Positions 44,669 to 55,238 are shown, counted from the stretch's first letter. The stretch is DNA of 64,000 nucleotides from Candidatus Taylorbacteria bacterium RIFCSPHIGHO2_12_FULL_45_16 (GCA_001821055.1 MHRT01000004.1:5548-69547); one strand, 5' to 3'. Notes: a model not told the origin generated them from the sequence alone. Numbers and translations: made by a program.

Positions 44669-45613
44669 ATGAAAACTATTCGTATTTTGTTCATGGCTGC
44701 TTCAACAAGGATTTGTTTACTAGAGCGTTTTTATTCAGCCGCCAAGGATTTGGGTATACGGTTGGAAGTTTTTGATTTTGAAAATAACATTCCCTGGCAC
44801 ACGTCAGGTCTTTCCGGTCTGGCCAAACTGGTTCCGGCACCGGTTTTTAGTGATTTGGATTTTACTGAGTTTATCTCAAATTTTGTCAAAGAAAACCAAA
44901 TTGATATAGTCATTCCCATAATTGACAAAGCCATGATTGCTTTGGCCAGAGCAGCTCCAAAATTGAAAGCACAGGGAGCGATGCCAGTCGTCTCGGGCTT
45001 AGAAGAATGTGAAATTATGACCGATAAGGTGCGTTCGGATACTTTTTTTAGAAAAGCAGGGTTAAATGTCCCTTCAACCAACAAATTTCCTCTCTTGGCC
45101 AAACCCCGTCTTGGTGCTTCTTCAAAAGGTATAATTAATTTGAAAGATCAAAAAGAGTTTGATTTTTGGCGCAAAAGAAATAAAGCAGAAGACTTTATGA
45201 TTCAATCCTTTATAACCGGAAAAGAATATAGCGTTGATGCGTATATTGACTCCAAAAGTACGATTTTAGGTATTGTCTCTAGAACTCGAATAGCAGTTTC
45301 TGGTGGGGAGGTAATGGTTACCATAACTGAACACAATGATGATATAATATTTGAGGCGGAAAAGTTGTTGAAGATTGCCAAATGGTATGGACCTATGACG
45401 ATACAATACATACATGACGGTAAAAAAGCATGGCTGATTGAATGCAACCCTCGTTTTGGTGGTGGAGTGACTTGTTCAATTGAAGCCGGTCTTTCGATTC
45501 CGGAATGGATTCTTCGCGAACGCTTAGGTCTTACAATGCCAAAAGATATTATTAGTTGGCGTAATGGTCTCTGCATGACCAGAGCCCGTAAAGATTATTT
45601 TTTATGGTTATAA
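44669..45613 (+). CDS. ATP-grasp domain protein
   Basis: 'FPLLAKPRLGASSKGIINLKDQKEF' and 'LIECNPRFGGG'. Confidence 0.55.
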   Translation: MKTIRILFMAASTRICLLERFYSAAKDLGIRLEVFDFENNIPWHTSGLSGLAKLVPAPVFSDLDFTEFISNFVKENQIDIVIPIIDKAMIALARAAPKLKAQGAMPVVSGLEECEIMTDKVRSDTFFRKAGLNVPSTNKFPLLAKPRLGASSKGIINLKDQKEFDFWRKRNKAEDFMIQSFITGKEYSVDAYIDSKSTILGIVSRTRIAVSGGEVMVTITEHNDDIIFEAEKLLKIAKWYGPMTIQYIHDGKKAWLIECNPRFGGGVTCSIEAGLSIPEWILRERLGLTMPKDIISWRNGLCMTRARKDYFLWL

Positions 45614-45924
45614 TGATTGATTTAGATGGAACTTTATGTGTAGAAGGGAACAAGTTGGATCGCCCGCTTGCCAAACCCTTTCCTGGAGCCGTGGAGGCTC
45701 TAAATAAAATACTGATTGACGGGCATATCGTGGTTATTTGGACAGGTCGGGGCTGGGATGAGTACAAAATGACGGAAAAATGGCTGAAAGACAATGGTTT
45801 CAAATACACTCAGTTACTTATGGGAAAACCAGTTGCAAACTTGATCATTGATGACCGATCCAGACATTTTGAAGGTTGGGATAAGGATTATCTGGCAACC
45901 ATACATGATCGTCATCGCCGCTGA
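45604..45924 (+). CDS. Compact HAD-superfamily phosphatase
   Basis: Motif I 'IDLDGTL', motif II 'VIWTGR', motif III 'MGKP', motif IV 'LIIDD'. Length 106 aa. Confidence 0.45.
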   Translation: MVIMIDLDGTLCVEGNKLDRPLAKPFPGAVEALNKILIDGHIVVIWTGRGWDEYKMTEKWLKDNGFKYTQLLMGKPVANLIIDDRSRHFEGWDKDYLATIHDRHRR

Positions 45925-46004
45925 TTTTGGGATTTTAAAAATTGCCTCAGAAACCAACTGATGGTTTTCTGAGACAATTCACTGAAAGGCGGTTTTCACC
46001 GTTC

Positions 46005-46565
46005 TTAGTCTCTCTGACGAAGTTCATCCACAAAGCGGAGCATTCTTTCTTTTGGGCGTTTTTTGACCGCTTTTACCGGAATCCCCATGTAAATCGTCCA
46101 TTGGTCCGTGACGAAATTCTTGGGTACGAAAGAACAAGCACCGATGACCGTTCCTTCACTCAATGTGACGCCTTGGGAGATGACGACATTGGCGCCAACG
46201 TTGGCGCAGAGTTCGAAGATTACCGGCTTGATGATAACCCTGTCGCACATTTCCACTGGAACCCCAGGAGCATTGATGAGTCCCTCGCCCATATACTCGT
46301 CGGAGCCACAGATGACGCGACCGCCGAGGGCAATGTTAGTGTGGTCGCCCATCACAAGCTTCCCCTGGCTTGTGCCGATCACTATTACTCCCGGACCGAT
46401 ATGGATATAGTTTCCAAGCTCTGCCTGTGTGGTGATATGGAACTGTCCGTCAATACGAACATGATTTCCGATGGTTACCCCTTTGGGGTTGCGGATGAAT
46501 GCATCCGGACTGATAGTCACGTCTTCGCCCACTCGGAGAAGGTTACTTGTGTTGTAGTTATTCAT
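46005..46565 (-). CDS. Left-handed beta-helix (hexapeptide-repeat) sugar N-acetyltransferase
   Basis: Repeated [LIV]-G-x4 hexapeptides, 'IGNHVRIDGQFHITT...IGPGVIVIG...'. Confidence 0.7.
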   Translation of the reverse strand: MNNYNTSNLLRVGEDVTISPDAFIRNPKGVTIGNHVRIDGQFHITTQAELGNYIHIGPGVIVIGTSQGKLVMGDHTNIALGGRVICGSDEYMGEGLINAPGVPVEMCDRVIIKPVIFELCANVGANVVISQGVTLSEGTVIGACSFVPKNFVTDQWTIYMGIPVKAVKKRPKERMLRFVDELRQRD

Positions 46566-46639
46566 AGGTCAAGTCCAACAAAACACTATCATATTATCAA
46601 TAAAAAGTCAAAATGATGAACATAGTACATATTTAGGAT

Positions 46640-47545
46640 TTAAAAAAGAAACTCGGGTTTCTCTTCCAGACTCCTTTCCTCAAGCCATTCTTCAGAAAGA
46701 GAGACCATTAGAGACCACTCGACGGGAAAATCAGAAGATTTCTGTCCTTTAATACGACTTATAAGTATAAGTACACTTTTCTTAAGTTCTTTTAGTTTTC
46801 TTATAATGTAAGACGGAGGATTTTCATCAAGATAAAATTTCCGAAGGCGGGCAATTTCATTTGCGACTCTATTTTTTCTCACCCATGTCACGCCATCCTG
46901 ATTTTTTATGTAGACATAGGCCGAACCAGTGTACCAGGCGATTTTTGCTTTGCCGGCCGTGACGCGAAATGTGTATTCAGTGTCAGCCATAGTGAAAGAA
47001 GAATTCCAAAAACCCAAGATGGGGAGGGAAGATCGTCGGAGCATGAGACCAAGCACAGATGAGTCAAAAGGAGTGTGATCTTTTTTCCATTTTTTCCAGC
47101 CATCTTTGTATCCAGCAACTTGGCAGATGTAGAGTTCAGTAGGGCTCTTATGTTTGACCGATCCTCCCTCCATGCCGAGGATGTCTATATCTGGATGTTC
47201 AAGCATGAATTTCTTGCAGGTCTCGATAGCAGGAAAATAATATGCATCGTCATCGTTTATTATTTTTATTAAAATTCCTTGAGCAACCAAAAAGAGCTTA
47301 TTCAAAGCATGGGACTCCCCGAAGTCTGGTTCCGAAATGAAATAATCTATTTTTCCTTTGGTTTTAAGTTCGCCAAGATACTCTTTTGTACCATCAGTTG
47401 AACCCCCGTCTGCGATAAGGATTTCTTCCCCTGGTTTTTTTTGAGCGATAACTTTTTCGAGTCCTAACTTCAAATACGGTAGTTTATTCTTTGTGGCTGT
47501 TATGTAAGAGAGTTGTATGGGATTTAAGGGTGTCATAATTGACAT
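46640..47545 (-). CDS. Glycosyltransferase family 2 (paralog of 42755..43660)
   Basis: 'ILIADGGSTDGTKEYL' and 'EPDFGESHALNKLFL'. The two paralogs are roughly half identical over their first ~80 residues. Confidence 0.65.
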   Translation of the reverse strand: MSIMTPLNPIQLSYITATKNKLPYLKLGLEKVIAQKKPGEEILIADGGSTDGTKEYLGELKTKGKIDYFISEPDFGESHALNKLFLVAQGILIKIINDDDAYYFPAIETCKKFMLEHPDIDILGMEGGSVKHKSPTELYICQVAGYKDGWKKWKKDHTPFDSSVLGLMLRRSSLPILGFWNSSFTMADTEYTFRVTAGKAKIAWYTGSAYVYIKNQDGVTWVRKNRVANEIARLRKFYLDENPPSYIIRKLKELKKSVLILISRIKGQKSSDFPVEWSLMVSLSEEWLEERSLEEKPEFLF

Positions 47546-48819
47546 ATATTATCACATTGGCTAGAATTAAAACAATGAAAAAAAATACTTTCGGACCAGT
47601 TTTAGGATGTCAGATTTGTGGTGCCAAAGATCTTCAACCGGTACTTTCCCTTGGTCATCAGCCAATAGTTCAAGAGTATCTTACTGAAGAAGCGCTCCAT
47701 GAACCCGAAGTTACCTATCCTTTAAACTTGGTACGTTGTCCAATTTGTAACCTACTCCAAATAGACTATATTCCAGAACCCGCAAAAGTATTTCCTCCGA
47801 ATTATCCCTATCGTACCGGTCTCACAAATATGCTTGTCCGCAATTTCCGAGAATTATCAGATGTTCTTTTTCGCGATTATCATTTTGAGAAAGGAGATCT
47901 TATTATCGATATAGGCTCAAACGATGGTACGCTTCTCCAAGGATTCAAAGACAAAGGGATGAAGGTTCTTGGTGTCGAGCCTACTGGAGCGGCGAAGGTT
48001 GCTAATAGGAATAAAATTTCTACTATCGAGGATTTTTTCAGCGACGCAATTGTCTCAAAGATTCTCAAGAAATATGGTAAAGCACACATTATCACCTGTA
48101 CGAATGCTTTTGCTCATATAAACGACGCCAAGGGACTGGCGAAAAATGTGGCAAAACTTATGGATAAAAATAGCGTTTTTGTCTCCGAGTCTCAATACCT
48201 TTTGGATATTATCAAAAAGCTCGAATTCGACACTATTTATCATGAACATTTAAGGTTCTACGCCCTCAAACCACTGATTCGTCTTCTCGGAGATGCAGGA
48301 CTCTCTGTCGTTGATGCCGAGAGGATAAGTGCCGCGGGTGGTTCTATACGTGTGTATGCTAGAAAAGGAAAACTTCCTTCAAGTAAGCGTGTCAAAGATC
48401 TTATCGCAGAAGAGGAGAAGGTTGGACTCTATGATACAAAGACCCTTATTGCTTTTGCAAAGAAAATCTATACCGCAAAAAATGATCTTCTTACTATTCT
48501 CCTGAAATGCAAAAAAGAGGGAGCTCGTATCGCGGGACTCACAAGTTCCGCTCGCTCCAATACTCTTCTGGGTTTCTCAAAAATAAATGAGACTATTCTT
48601 GACTATGCTTGCGAGAAAAACGGGTCTCCAAAGATAGGATTGTATACTCCAGGTACGCATATTCCAGTAGTTGACGAAGCGAGACTTCTAGAAGACCAAC
48701 CGGAATACGCTCTCGTTCTTTCATGGCACATTGGTGAAGAACTTATGAAAAAGACAAAGGCCGCCGGATACATAGGCAAATTTATCATGCCACTTCCTAT
48801 TCCTCGCATCGTTAATTAA
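47539..48819 (+). CDS. Sugar C-methyltransferase-like enzyme with an N-terminal Cys4 zinc ribbon (TcaB9/TylCIII family)
   Basis: 'CQICGAKDL...CPICNLLQ' zinc ribbon, SAM motif 'IIDIGSNDGTLL', and a C-terminal C-methyltransferase domain. Confidence 0.6.
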   Translation: MTYIITLARIKTMKKNTFGPVLGCQICGAKDLQPVLSLGHQPIVQEYLTEEALHEPEVTYPLNLVRCPICNLLQIDYIPEPAKVFPPNYPYRTGLTNMLVRNFRELSDVLFRDYHFEKGDLIIDIGSNDGTLLQGFKDKGMKVLGVEPTGAAKVANRNKISTIEDFFSDAIVSKILKKYGKAHIITCTNAFAHINDAKGLAKNVAKLMDKNSVFVSESQYLLDIIKKLEFDTIYHEHLRFYALKPLIRLLGDAGLSVVDAERISAAGGSIRVYARKGKLPSSKRVKDLIAEEEKVGLYDTKTLIAFAKKIYTAKNDLLTILLKCKKEGARIAGLTSSARSNTLLGFSKINETILDYACEKNGSPKIGLYTPGTHIPVVDEARLLEDQPEYALVLSWHIGEELMKKTKAAGYIGKFIMPLPIPRIVN

Positions 48820-48825
48820 AATCGT

Positions 48826-49932
48826 ATGAATTACAAAAGGATTCCTTGGTGGGAACCACAGATAGGTAGCGCTTCCGAGCGTGAATATATTGAAAAAGTT
48901 TTTACGGATAATTATGCCAATGAAGGCAAGCTTACTACGCAATTTGAAGAAAAAATAGCCAAGGCGCTGGGGATCAAACACGCCGTTGCAACTACAAGCG
49001 GGACGAACGCAATTTTTCTGGCACTCAAGGCCATGGGCGTAGGTCATGGAGATGAAGTCATAGTACCCGATGCTACTTTTATCGCTACGGCAAATGCGGT
49101 TACCCTTACTGGAGCGACGCCAATTCTTGTGGATATTGATCCTAAAGATCTCAATATAAATATTGCAGCGGCAAAAACAGCCATAACAAAAAAAACAAAA
49201 GCTATTGTTCCCGTGCATGTGACCGGTCGTGGAGCCGACATGGAAAGTATTCTTATCTTTGCCCGAGAACATAATCTAATCATTGTCGAAGATGCGGCAG
49301 AGGCATTTTTCTCCAAGCACAAAGGGAAGTATCTCGGCACTTGGGGAGATGCAGGCTGTTTTTCTTTTTCGGCGGCAAAGACCATTACGACAGGGCAGGG
49401 CGGCATGATTGTGACCAACAACATTGAGCTCTATGAAAAGTTAAAACCCTTGAAGGATCAAGGTAGACCAATACGTGGAACGGGTGGCGATGATGCGCAT
49501 AATACTATTGGCTTTAATTTTAAGTACACAGATCTTCAAGCGGCATTAGGACTCGGTCAATTCAAGCTCGTGGGGAAGAGAACTACTCGAATGAAAAGAA
49601 ACTATGTAATGTACAGGGAGTCTCTCAAAAATATTCCCGGGTTTAAAATATTCGATATTGATCTAAAGCAGGGCGGAGTGCCACAGTGGGTGGACGCGCT
49701 CGTGGATCGACGCGATGAGCTTGATAAGTATCTCAATAGCTTCAATATCGATTGTCGTCGATACTGGAAGCCCATTCATCAGCAGAAGGCGTATCCTATG
49801 TCTGACGAAACATTCCCTAACAGTACGAAATACTTGCCAAAGGCTTTGTGGTTACCTTCAGCTTTTACACTCACCGATGAGGATGTGAATACGGTGATCG
49901 GATATATTAAAGATTTTTATAAGAAGAAATAA
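48826..49932 (+). CDS. DegT/DnrJ/EryC1/StrS-family PLP-dependent sugar aminotransferase
   Basis: 'TSGTNAIFLALKAMGVGHGDEVIVPDATFIATANAV' and 'SFSAAKTITTGQGG'. Confidence 0.85.
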   Translation: MNYKRIPWWEPQIGSASEREYIEKVFTDNYANEGKLTTQFEEKIAKALGIKHAVATTSGTNAIFLALKAMGVGHGDEVIVPDATFIATANAVTLTGATPILVDIDPKDLNINIAAAKTAITKKTKAIVPVHVTGRGADMESILIFAREHNLIIVEDAAEAFFSKHKGKYLGTWGDAGCFSFSAAKTITTGQGGMIVTNNIELYEKLKPLKDQGRPIRGTGGDDAHNTIGFNFKYTDLQAALGLGQFKLVGKRTTRMKRNYVMYRESLKNIPGFKIFDIDLKQGGVPQWVDALVDRRDELDKYLNSFNIDCRRYWKPIHQQKAYPMSDETFPNSTKYLPKALWLPSAFTLTDEDVNTVIGYIKDFYKKK

Positions 49933-49955
49933 TCTGAAATATCACAGTATAAAAA

Positions 49956-49983
49956 ACAGGGTCGCCTTGTGAGGCAACCCTGT
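49956..49983 (-). terminator. Rho-independent terminator hairpin serving the minus-strand gene 50001..50774
   Basis: acagggt-cgccttgtgaggca-accctgt, a 7-bp stem with a 3-bp inner stem (g49964-g49966 with c49973-c49975; loop ttgtga; c49963/a49976 mismatched). The A-run at 49951-49956 gives a U-tract on the minus-strand transcript. Confidence 0.5.
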
Positions 49984-50000
49984 CGCGAATTGTTCAGATC

Positions 50001-50774
50001 TCAAAGTCCGAGAGCTAGTATGAGCGTCGCTACTCCGGCTGGATTGAAGCTGTCTTTCGAGTCGAGCGAGAGCATCGCATGTACAGTGTCAATCGGGAAT
50101 GTGTGAATTTTTCCCTCCCAGCTGTCTCTGGCAGTTTTTGACCGCTCCAAGAGCTCGTGTGAATCGAGTTCAATTTTTGCACACATGCAGACTTCGATGG
50201 AAGGGCTCTCTCCGTAGAGATGGTCACAGAGGCCTAGTTGCTTGACCGTAACAATATCACAAGGGAGAACCCCTAATTCTTCATGGAGTTCCTGGAAGAA
50301 TTGAAAGATGACACCCCTGCTATCGGTGACGGTCGACAGTTCGACGGAGCCAGCTGCCGATACATGCCACACGTCCTTGTGTGTCGCCACATTCTTTGAA
50401 CGGAGCGAAAGGGCATAATGCCTATCCGTAGTTTCCACAACCCCGCAGACTGCGAGGAAGCGGAACTGTTCTTGAGGCGGAAGAGCTTCTCTCGCCGACT
50501 TGTCTCGCATAATGGTGTATTCAGCCCACGATGCAGGAAAGTAGGTGATACAGTTATCTTCCTCACGGAAGTCACCAAAAGCGGCCTTATGATATTCCAT
50601 GTCTCGGGCTGGGAAAGGTTCCCGCGCCCCGTCCCTCCACGCCCTAACGCGTTTTTGCAGTTCCGGGGTGTGTGGGATCGTAGCTCTTCTTAGGCTGTAA
50701 GGGTCATTGGAAGCATCAATGAGTCCAATGTGGTGCTTAGTTGCAATGGGGTGGTTTTCCCACAGATTTTTCAT
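50001..50774 (-). CDS. Hypothetical protein, possibly NUDIX-like, with higher local GC
   Basis: 'FFQELHEELGV' weakly resembles a Nudix box. There is no other support. Confidence 0.3.
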   Translation of the reverse strand: MKNLWENHPIATKHHIGLIDASNDPYSLRRATIPHTPELQKRVRAWRDGAREPFPARDMEYHKAAFGDFREEDNCITYFPASWAEYTIMRDKSAREALPPQEQFRFLAVCGVVETTDRHYALSLRSKNVATHKDVWHVSAAGSVELSTVTDSRGVIFQFFQELHEELGVLPCDIVTVKQLGLCDHLYGESPSIEVCMCAKIELDSHELLERSKTARDSWEGKIHTFPIDTVHAMLSLDSKDSFNPAGVATLILALGL

Positions 50775-50897
50775 ACTATCCCTTCTTTATTTGGTTCAAA
50801 TGTTCATTCGTGACTGATGGCAATAGACTAACATAATTCTTATATAAAGTCAATAGTGCAATAACCTCTCATCTTAGCTAGAATCACCACGTTCATC

Positions 50898-51410
50898 ATG
50901 ACTACCGACCATAAAATAGTTACCTATGCTGGGCTCCACAGGAAGCTTTCTCGAATACGGAAAGGGAAGACTGTTGTTGTTGTCACCGGTACTTTCGACC
51001 TTCTCCACGCTGGCCATCTCATGTTTTTTAATCAGGCAAAAAAACAGGGTGATATTCTTATTGTGGGTATAGGATCAGACCGGACAATACGGATGCATGC
51101 CAAAGGAAAGGGTCGCCCGATTCTTCCGCATACGCTTCGCGCTCGACTCGTTGCAGGCTTTGAAGTTGTGGATTTTGTAGTTATTCTTGACGAAGATATT
51201 GTAGACAAAATGGGTGGCAGGGTTTTTTTAAAAAGCCTTAAAGCCGACAAGTGGGTAGTGCCTTTTAAAAATCACAATCCCGCTGGAGATATTAAATTTG
51301 CCAAAGAGATCGGTACAAAACTTGTCCAGCTTCCGCGTATAAAACCTAACAAGGTAGATTTTCCACTTTCAACTTCGTATATTATAGAAAAGATAAAAAA
51401 GACAACCTAG
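50898..51410 (+). CDS. Cytidylyltransferase-like nucleotidyltransferase (HIGH family; RfaE domain II / TagD-like)
   Basis: 'VVVTGTFDLLHAGHLMFFNQAKKQGDILIVGIGSD'. Confidence 0.65.
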   Translation: MTTDHKIVTYAGLHRKLSRIRKGKTVVVVTGTFDLLHAGHLMFFNQAKKQGDILIVGIGSDRTIRMHAKGKGRPILPHTLRARLVAGFEVVDFVVILDEDIVDKMGGRVFLKSLKADKWVVPFKNHNPAGDIKFAKEIGTKLVQLPRIKPNKVDFPLSTSYIIEKIKKTT

Positions 51411-51428
51411 ATCAATTCAGGAAGGATT

Positions 51429-52451
51429 CTAGGAATGTCTGAGATACCAATCAACAGTTTTCTCTATACCTTTCTGAAGCGAAGTGGCGGGTTTCCAACC
51501 GGTATCTTTTTCTATCTTCGAGATATCTGGTACGCTATTTCTCACTGCTTCGCGGGGAGAGTTTTCGAAAATGACCTTTTCAGGATGCCAACCTGCGACA
51601 TTGAAGATGAGCTCGGTAATTTCCCGGACACTGGTGAGGTGGTCATCTCCGATATTGTATGTTTGCCCATCTGTTTTTTGAGATTTTGTGACTTTAATAA
51701 GTGCATCTACAACATCTTCTACAAAACAAAACGTACGTTTATCTTCGGGCCCAAGGATAGTAAAATGATCTGCATGTTCTACTACCTGCTTGATTATCTT
51801 TGGAATCATTCCATCGTATCCAGCTCGAGGACCATAAATATTCACAGGACGAACTATAGACATGCGGAAGTTATAGGCTTTTGAATAATGGATGAATAGA
51901 AGTTCACCGATAAGCTTTTGTCCGGCGTAAGACCAGCGAGGATCATAAGTGTCAGGAATGACACAAGGAATATTTTCAGGTGTGGGATTTGTTATTTTTC
52001 CGTAGGCGATGACTCCGCCATTGTAGACTTCGTTCGAGGAAGTATAGAGAATTTTTGCCTGTGGTTTCCCATTTTTAAACTTAAACCAATCGATAACGTT
52101 GAGCGTCGATAGGATACCGACACGCAACACCTCGTGAGGAATCTCATTGAAATTTTTGAACCCTTTTATACTTACGAGATGATAGACGAAGTCGTAATCA
52201 CTTCCGACTTTTTTCCATGATAATTTGTTGGTCAAATCACCCTCAATTAATGTGATATTTGGAGACGAAAGTAGTTTTGCCAATTCCCCGTCATCTTCAT
52301 AATGAAGAGTTTTTGAAGCCAGAAATATTTTATTGTTTTTATCCTTGGAAAGTTCTACTGCTAGGTGGTAGCCCAAAAATCCCGTTCCGCCAGTGATGAG
52401 AATTTTAACCATTTTTTCTCTTTTTTCTTGGATTAGTCTCATACCACTCAA
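51429..52451 (-). CDS. NAD(P)-dependent sugar epimerase/reductase (extended SDR)
   Basis: 'KILITGGTGFLGYHLA', 'YTSSNEVYNG' and the catalytic 'YAGQK'. Confidence 0.75.
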   Translation of the reverse strand: MSGMRLIQEKREKMVKILITGGTGFLGYHLAVELSKDKNNKIFLASKTLHYEDDGELAKLLSSPNITLIEGDLTNKLSWKKVGSDYDFVYHLVSIKGFKNFNEIPHEVLRVGILSTLNVIDWFKFKNGKPQAKILYTSSNEVYNGGVIAYGKITNPTPENIPCVIPDTYDPRWSYAGQKLIGELLFIHYSKAYNFRMSIVRPVNIYGPRAGYDGMIPKIIKQVVEHADHFTILGPEDKRTFCFVEDVVDALIKVTKSQKTDGQTYNIGDDHLTSVREITELIFNVAGWHPEKVIFENSPREAVRNSVPDISKIEKDTGWKPATSLQKGIEKTVDWYLRHS

Positions 52452-53406
52452 TCATTTTCTTCAACCCTTCCTCGAGAGTAATTTTTGCTTCCCATCCGGT
52501 ATGTTCTTTTATTTTTAAAACATGGGGGAGTCGACGCTTGACACTTCCTTTAGGAGAATTTTTTATGTCAAGTTTTGATGGTTCCCACTTCATTATTTTG
52601 AATAGATGCTCAATCAAATGTTTAATTTTTGTTTCCTCCGTAGTCCCGATATGGTATGTCCCGCCATCAGTTTTTTCGGACTCCATAACAGCAATTATGG
52701 CTTCAACAGCATCATCAATATAACAAAAAGATCTTGTATCATCTGCGCCGTATATTGGAAATGGATCAACTCGTTTTTTTATTCTCTCAATTATTTCAGG
52801 GATGACATGCTCGTACCCTTCTCTAGGTCCATAGAAGTTATGGGGGCGTACAATAGACATACGGAAATTGTGAGCTTTTGAACCATGAATGAAGAGAAGT
52901 TCACCAATAAGCTTTTGTCCTGCATATGACCAACGAGGATTATATGGGTCAGAGATTACCAGAGGCACATCCTCTGGCGTTGGTAATGGAAGTTGCCCGA
53001 ATGCTTCTAGTGCACCCGCGTATGCTTCATTGGAAGAAGTGTAAAGAATCTTTGCATTTGGATTGTTGTTTGTTGTGCGGAACCACTTTATGGCATAAAA
53101 GGTGATTGTGATGCCTACGGACAAAACTTCAAAAGGGATTTCATAGAATAGACGGGTACCATTGATGCCTGCGAGATGATAAACATAGTCATACCCGCTT
53201 TCAAAACTATCCCATGCATCTCTATTTCCAAGATCAGCTTGTATGAGCTTTACATTCGGCCTTTCGAGAAGCTGCTTCATGTCTTCGTCAAGCTCACTGC
53301 GAAAAAAGTTGTCTACAAGCACTATTTCATTTTTTCCTTCCGCGAGTTTTTTTGCAAGGTGATATCCGACAAATCCAGTTCCGCCAGTAATGAGTATTTT
53401 TGACAT
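52405..53406 (-). CDS. NAD(P)-dependent sugar epimerase/reductase (extended SDR), tandem paralog of 51429..52451
   Basis: 'KILITGGTGFVGYHLAKKL', 'YTSSNEAYAG' and 'YAGQK'. Confidence 0.75.
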   Translation of the reverse strand: MSKILITGGTGFVGYHLAKKLAEGKNEIVLVDNFFRSELDEDMKQLLERPNVKLIQADLGNRDAWDSFESGYDYVYHLAGINGTRLFYEIPFEVLSVGITITFYAIKWFRTTNNNPNAKILYTSSNEAYAGALEAFGQLPLPTPEDVPLVISDPYNPRWSYAGQKLIGELLFIHGSKAHNFRMSIVRPHNFYGPREGYEHVIPEIIERIKKRVDPFPIYGADDTRSFCYIDDAVEAIIAVMESEKTDGGTYHIGTTEETKIKHLIEHLFKIMKWEPSKLDIKNSPKGSVKRRLPHVLKIKEHTGWEAKITLEEGLKKMIEWYETNPRKKRKNG

Positions 53407-53452
53407 TTTTAAAGTATATCCGAAATGCCTTCTAATGTAAAATCGTCCGGAA

Positions 53453-55237
53453 TCACACCACGTTTAACATCCGTGATGTCTCACTTGTACGACTTCTCAA
53501 CCAAAGTTCGAGGCAGAGAAGCGTCCATATTCGCAGACATTTTGAATCGTCTTTTTTCCCGTAGAAACATCCGAGTAAACTGTCCACTTCTTTTTTTTTC
53601 AAGAATTCGTAAATCAAGGCCTTTTCCCCCAGCTTATTTTTAGCGAAATTCTCCATTTTTTCCGTTCGGAGCCATTCTTTTACGGGTGCCCCGAAACCTT
53701 GTTTACGCCTGTACACGAAATCTCTCGGCATGATTTCCGCGAGAATGTCTTTCAAGATTATCTTGCCGTTTTTCCCGTCGGTTTTATATTGGAGAGGAAG
53801 ATTATACGCGTATTTCGCGAGTTTATGATCCAGAAAAGGGGAGCGAATTTCAAGCGAGTGCATCATGCTCGTCCTGTCCACTTTCGTGAGAAGCTGACCA
53901 GGAAGATATGTGGTGAGGTCAAAAAGATTTATTTTTCTCACGTCGTTTTTCCGTATTTTTTTCACGCTTTCCTCAATGACGTCGTCATTTACCGGAGTGG
54001 GGTTTTTCCACAGGTGTTTCCTTTCTTTGTCGGAAAAAATTTGCATCGTCTTCAAATGTTCCCTGAATGGATTCGAGAAAATAAAGTTTTTGAGCCGCAC
54101 TATCTTTGACGTATTCCGGTATTTCCAGTACCATCCGTACCCGAGAAAAATTTCGTCGGCACCATCTCCCGACAAAGCAACCTTCACTTGCGTGGATGCA
54201 AGTTCCGAGACTAGATGTTGGGGAAAGTTTGACGAGTCGGCATGAGGTTCGTCGAGGTAACTTATGACCTTCTCGAGTTCATGAGTGAGGTCACTAGTCG
54301 CCTGAAGAGTGTGATGATCGGTGCCGATCTTCTTTGACGCCGTCTCCGCGAAGGGAAGTTCGTTGATGTATCCCTCATAACCCACCGAAAATGTTTTTAG
54401 GGGATGCACAGCGTATTTTTGCGCATATGCTGTGACAAGAGTTGAATCAACTCCGCCTGAAAGAAGGGAACCAATCTCAACATCGGCAACCATCCTTTTT
54501 TTGACTGCCCCGTCAAAAAGTTTTTTGATCTCTGCCTTTGCTTCATCGTATGAAACCGTGAGAGGTTTGTCTTGAAGTTCCCAGTACCGGTCTGTTTCCA
54601 GTTTTCCATTTTTGTAAATTCCCCGATGAGCAGGTGGTAGAACATGAATGTTTTTATAGACGCTTTTCCAAGGCGGAATGTACATGAGGGTGAGGTAGTT
54701 GTCGATCGCTTCGGGATCAATTTCTCCTCTTATTCCCACAGCAAAAAGCGCTTTTATTTCAGAAGCGATATATATCATCTCTTTCTCGATTGTATAGTAG
54801 AGTGGTTTTTTGCCAAACCGGTCTCTCGCGATGAAAAGTTCTTTTTTCCCTTCATCCCAAAGTGCAAAGGCGAACATACCATCCAGATAGTCCACACATT
54901 TCTTACCGTACTCGGCATAGGTTTTCAAAATAACTTCGGTGTCGGAATGTGTGACAAAAACATGACCCTGGTTCTCGAGCGCCTCGCGTAACTCTTTGTA
55001 GCCATATATCTCGCCGTTAAATACGATGGTATATGGGTATGTATTATCCCTCATCGGTTGATGCCCACCTACCAGATCGACTATGGAGAGACGAGTTTGC
55101 CCGAAGATAGTTTCCGCGGTTCGCATGAAATCTTTTTCATCTGGCCCACGCAGAGAAAGACAAGAGAGCATTTTTTCAACGCCCTCATCTTTGATCACTG
55201 AAACATTTTTTCCTGCTATGGCGATTATTCCGCACAT
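53453..55237 (-). CDS. asnB: Asparagine synthase (glutamine-hydrolysing)-family amidotransferase
   Basis: N-terminal 'MCGIIAIAG' (Cys2 nucleophile), and the PP-loop 'SGGVDST' in the synthetase domain. Confidence 0.85.
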   Translation of the reverse strand: MCGIIAIAGKNVSVIKDEGVEKMLSCLSLRGPDEKDFMRTAETIFGQTRLSIVDLVGGHQPMRDNTYPYTIVFNGEIYGYKELREALENQGHVFVTHSDTEVILKTYAEYGKKCVDYLDGMFAFALWDEGKKELFIARDRFGKKPLYYTIEKEMIYIASEIKALFAVGIRGEIDPEAIDNYLTLMYIPPWKSVYKNIHVLPPAHRGIYKNGKLETDRYWELQDKPLTVSYDEAKAEIKKLFDGAVKKRMVADVEIGSLLSGGVDSTLVTAYAQKYAVHPLKTFSVGYEGYINELPFAETASKKIGTDHHTLQATSDLTHELEKVISYLDEPHADSSNFPQHLVSELASTQVKVALSGDGADEIFLGYGWYWKYRNTSKIVRLKNFIFSNPFREHLKTMQIFSDKERKHLWKNPTPVNDDVIEESVKKIRKNDVRKINLFDLTTYLPGQLLTKVDRTSMMHSLEIRSPFLDHKLAKYAYNLPLQYKTDGKNGKIILKDILAEIMPRDFVYRRKQGFGAPVKEWLRTEKMENFAKNKLGEKALIYEFLKKKEVDSLLGCFYGKKDDSKCLRIWTLLCLELWLRSRTSETSRMLNVV

Positions 55238-55238
55238 A

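Noticed and set aside
45604-45924. Treating the 106-aa HAD-like ORF as a gene fragment or pseudogene
   Set aside because: All four HAD motifs are present in order, and the ORF is translationally coupled to the upstream ATP-grasp gene. I kept it as a compact phosphatase, although its length is unusually short.
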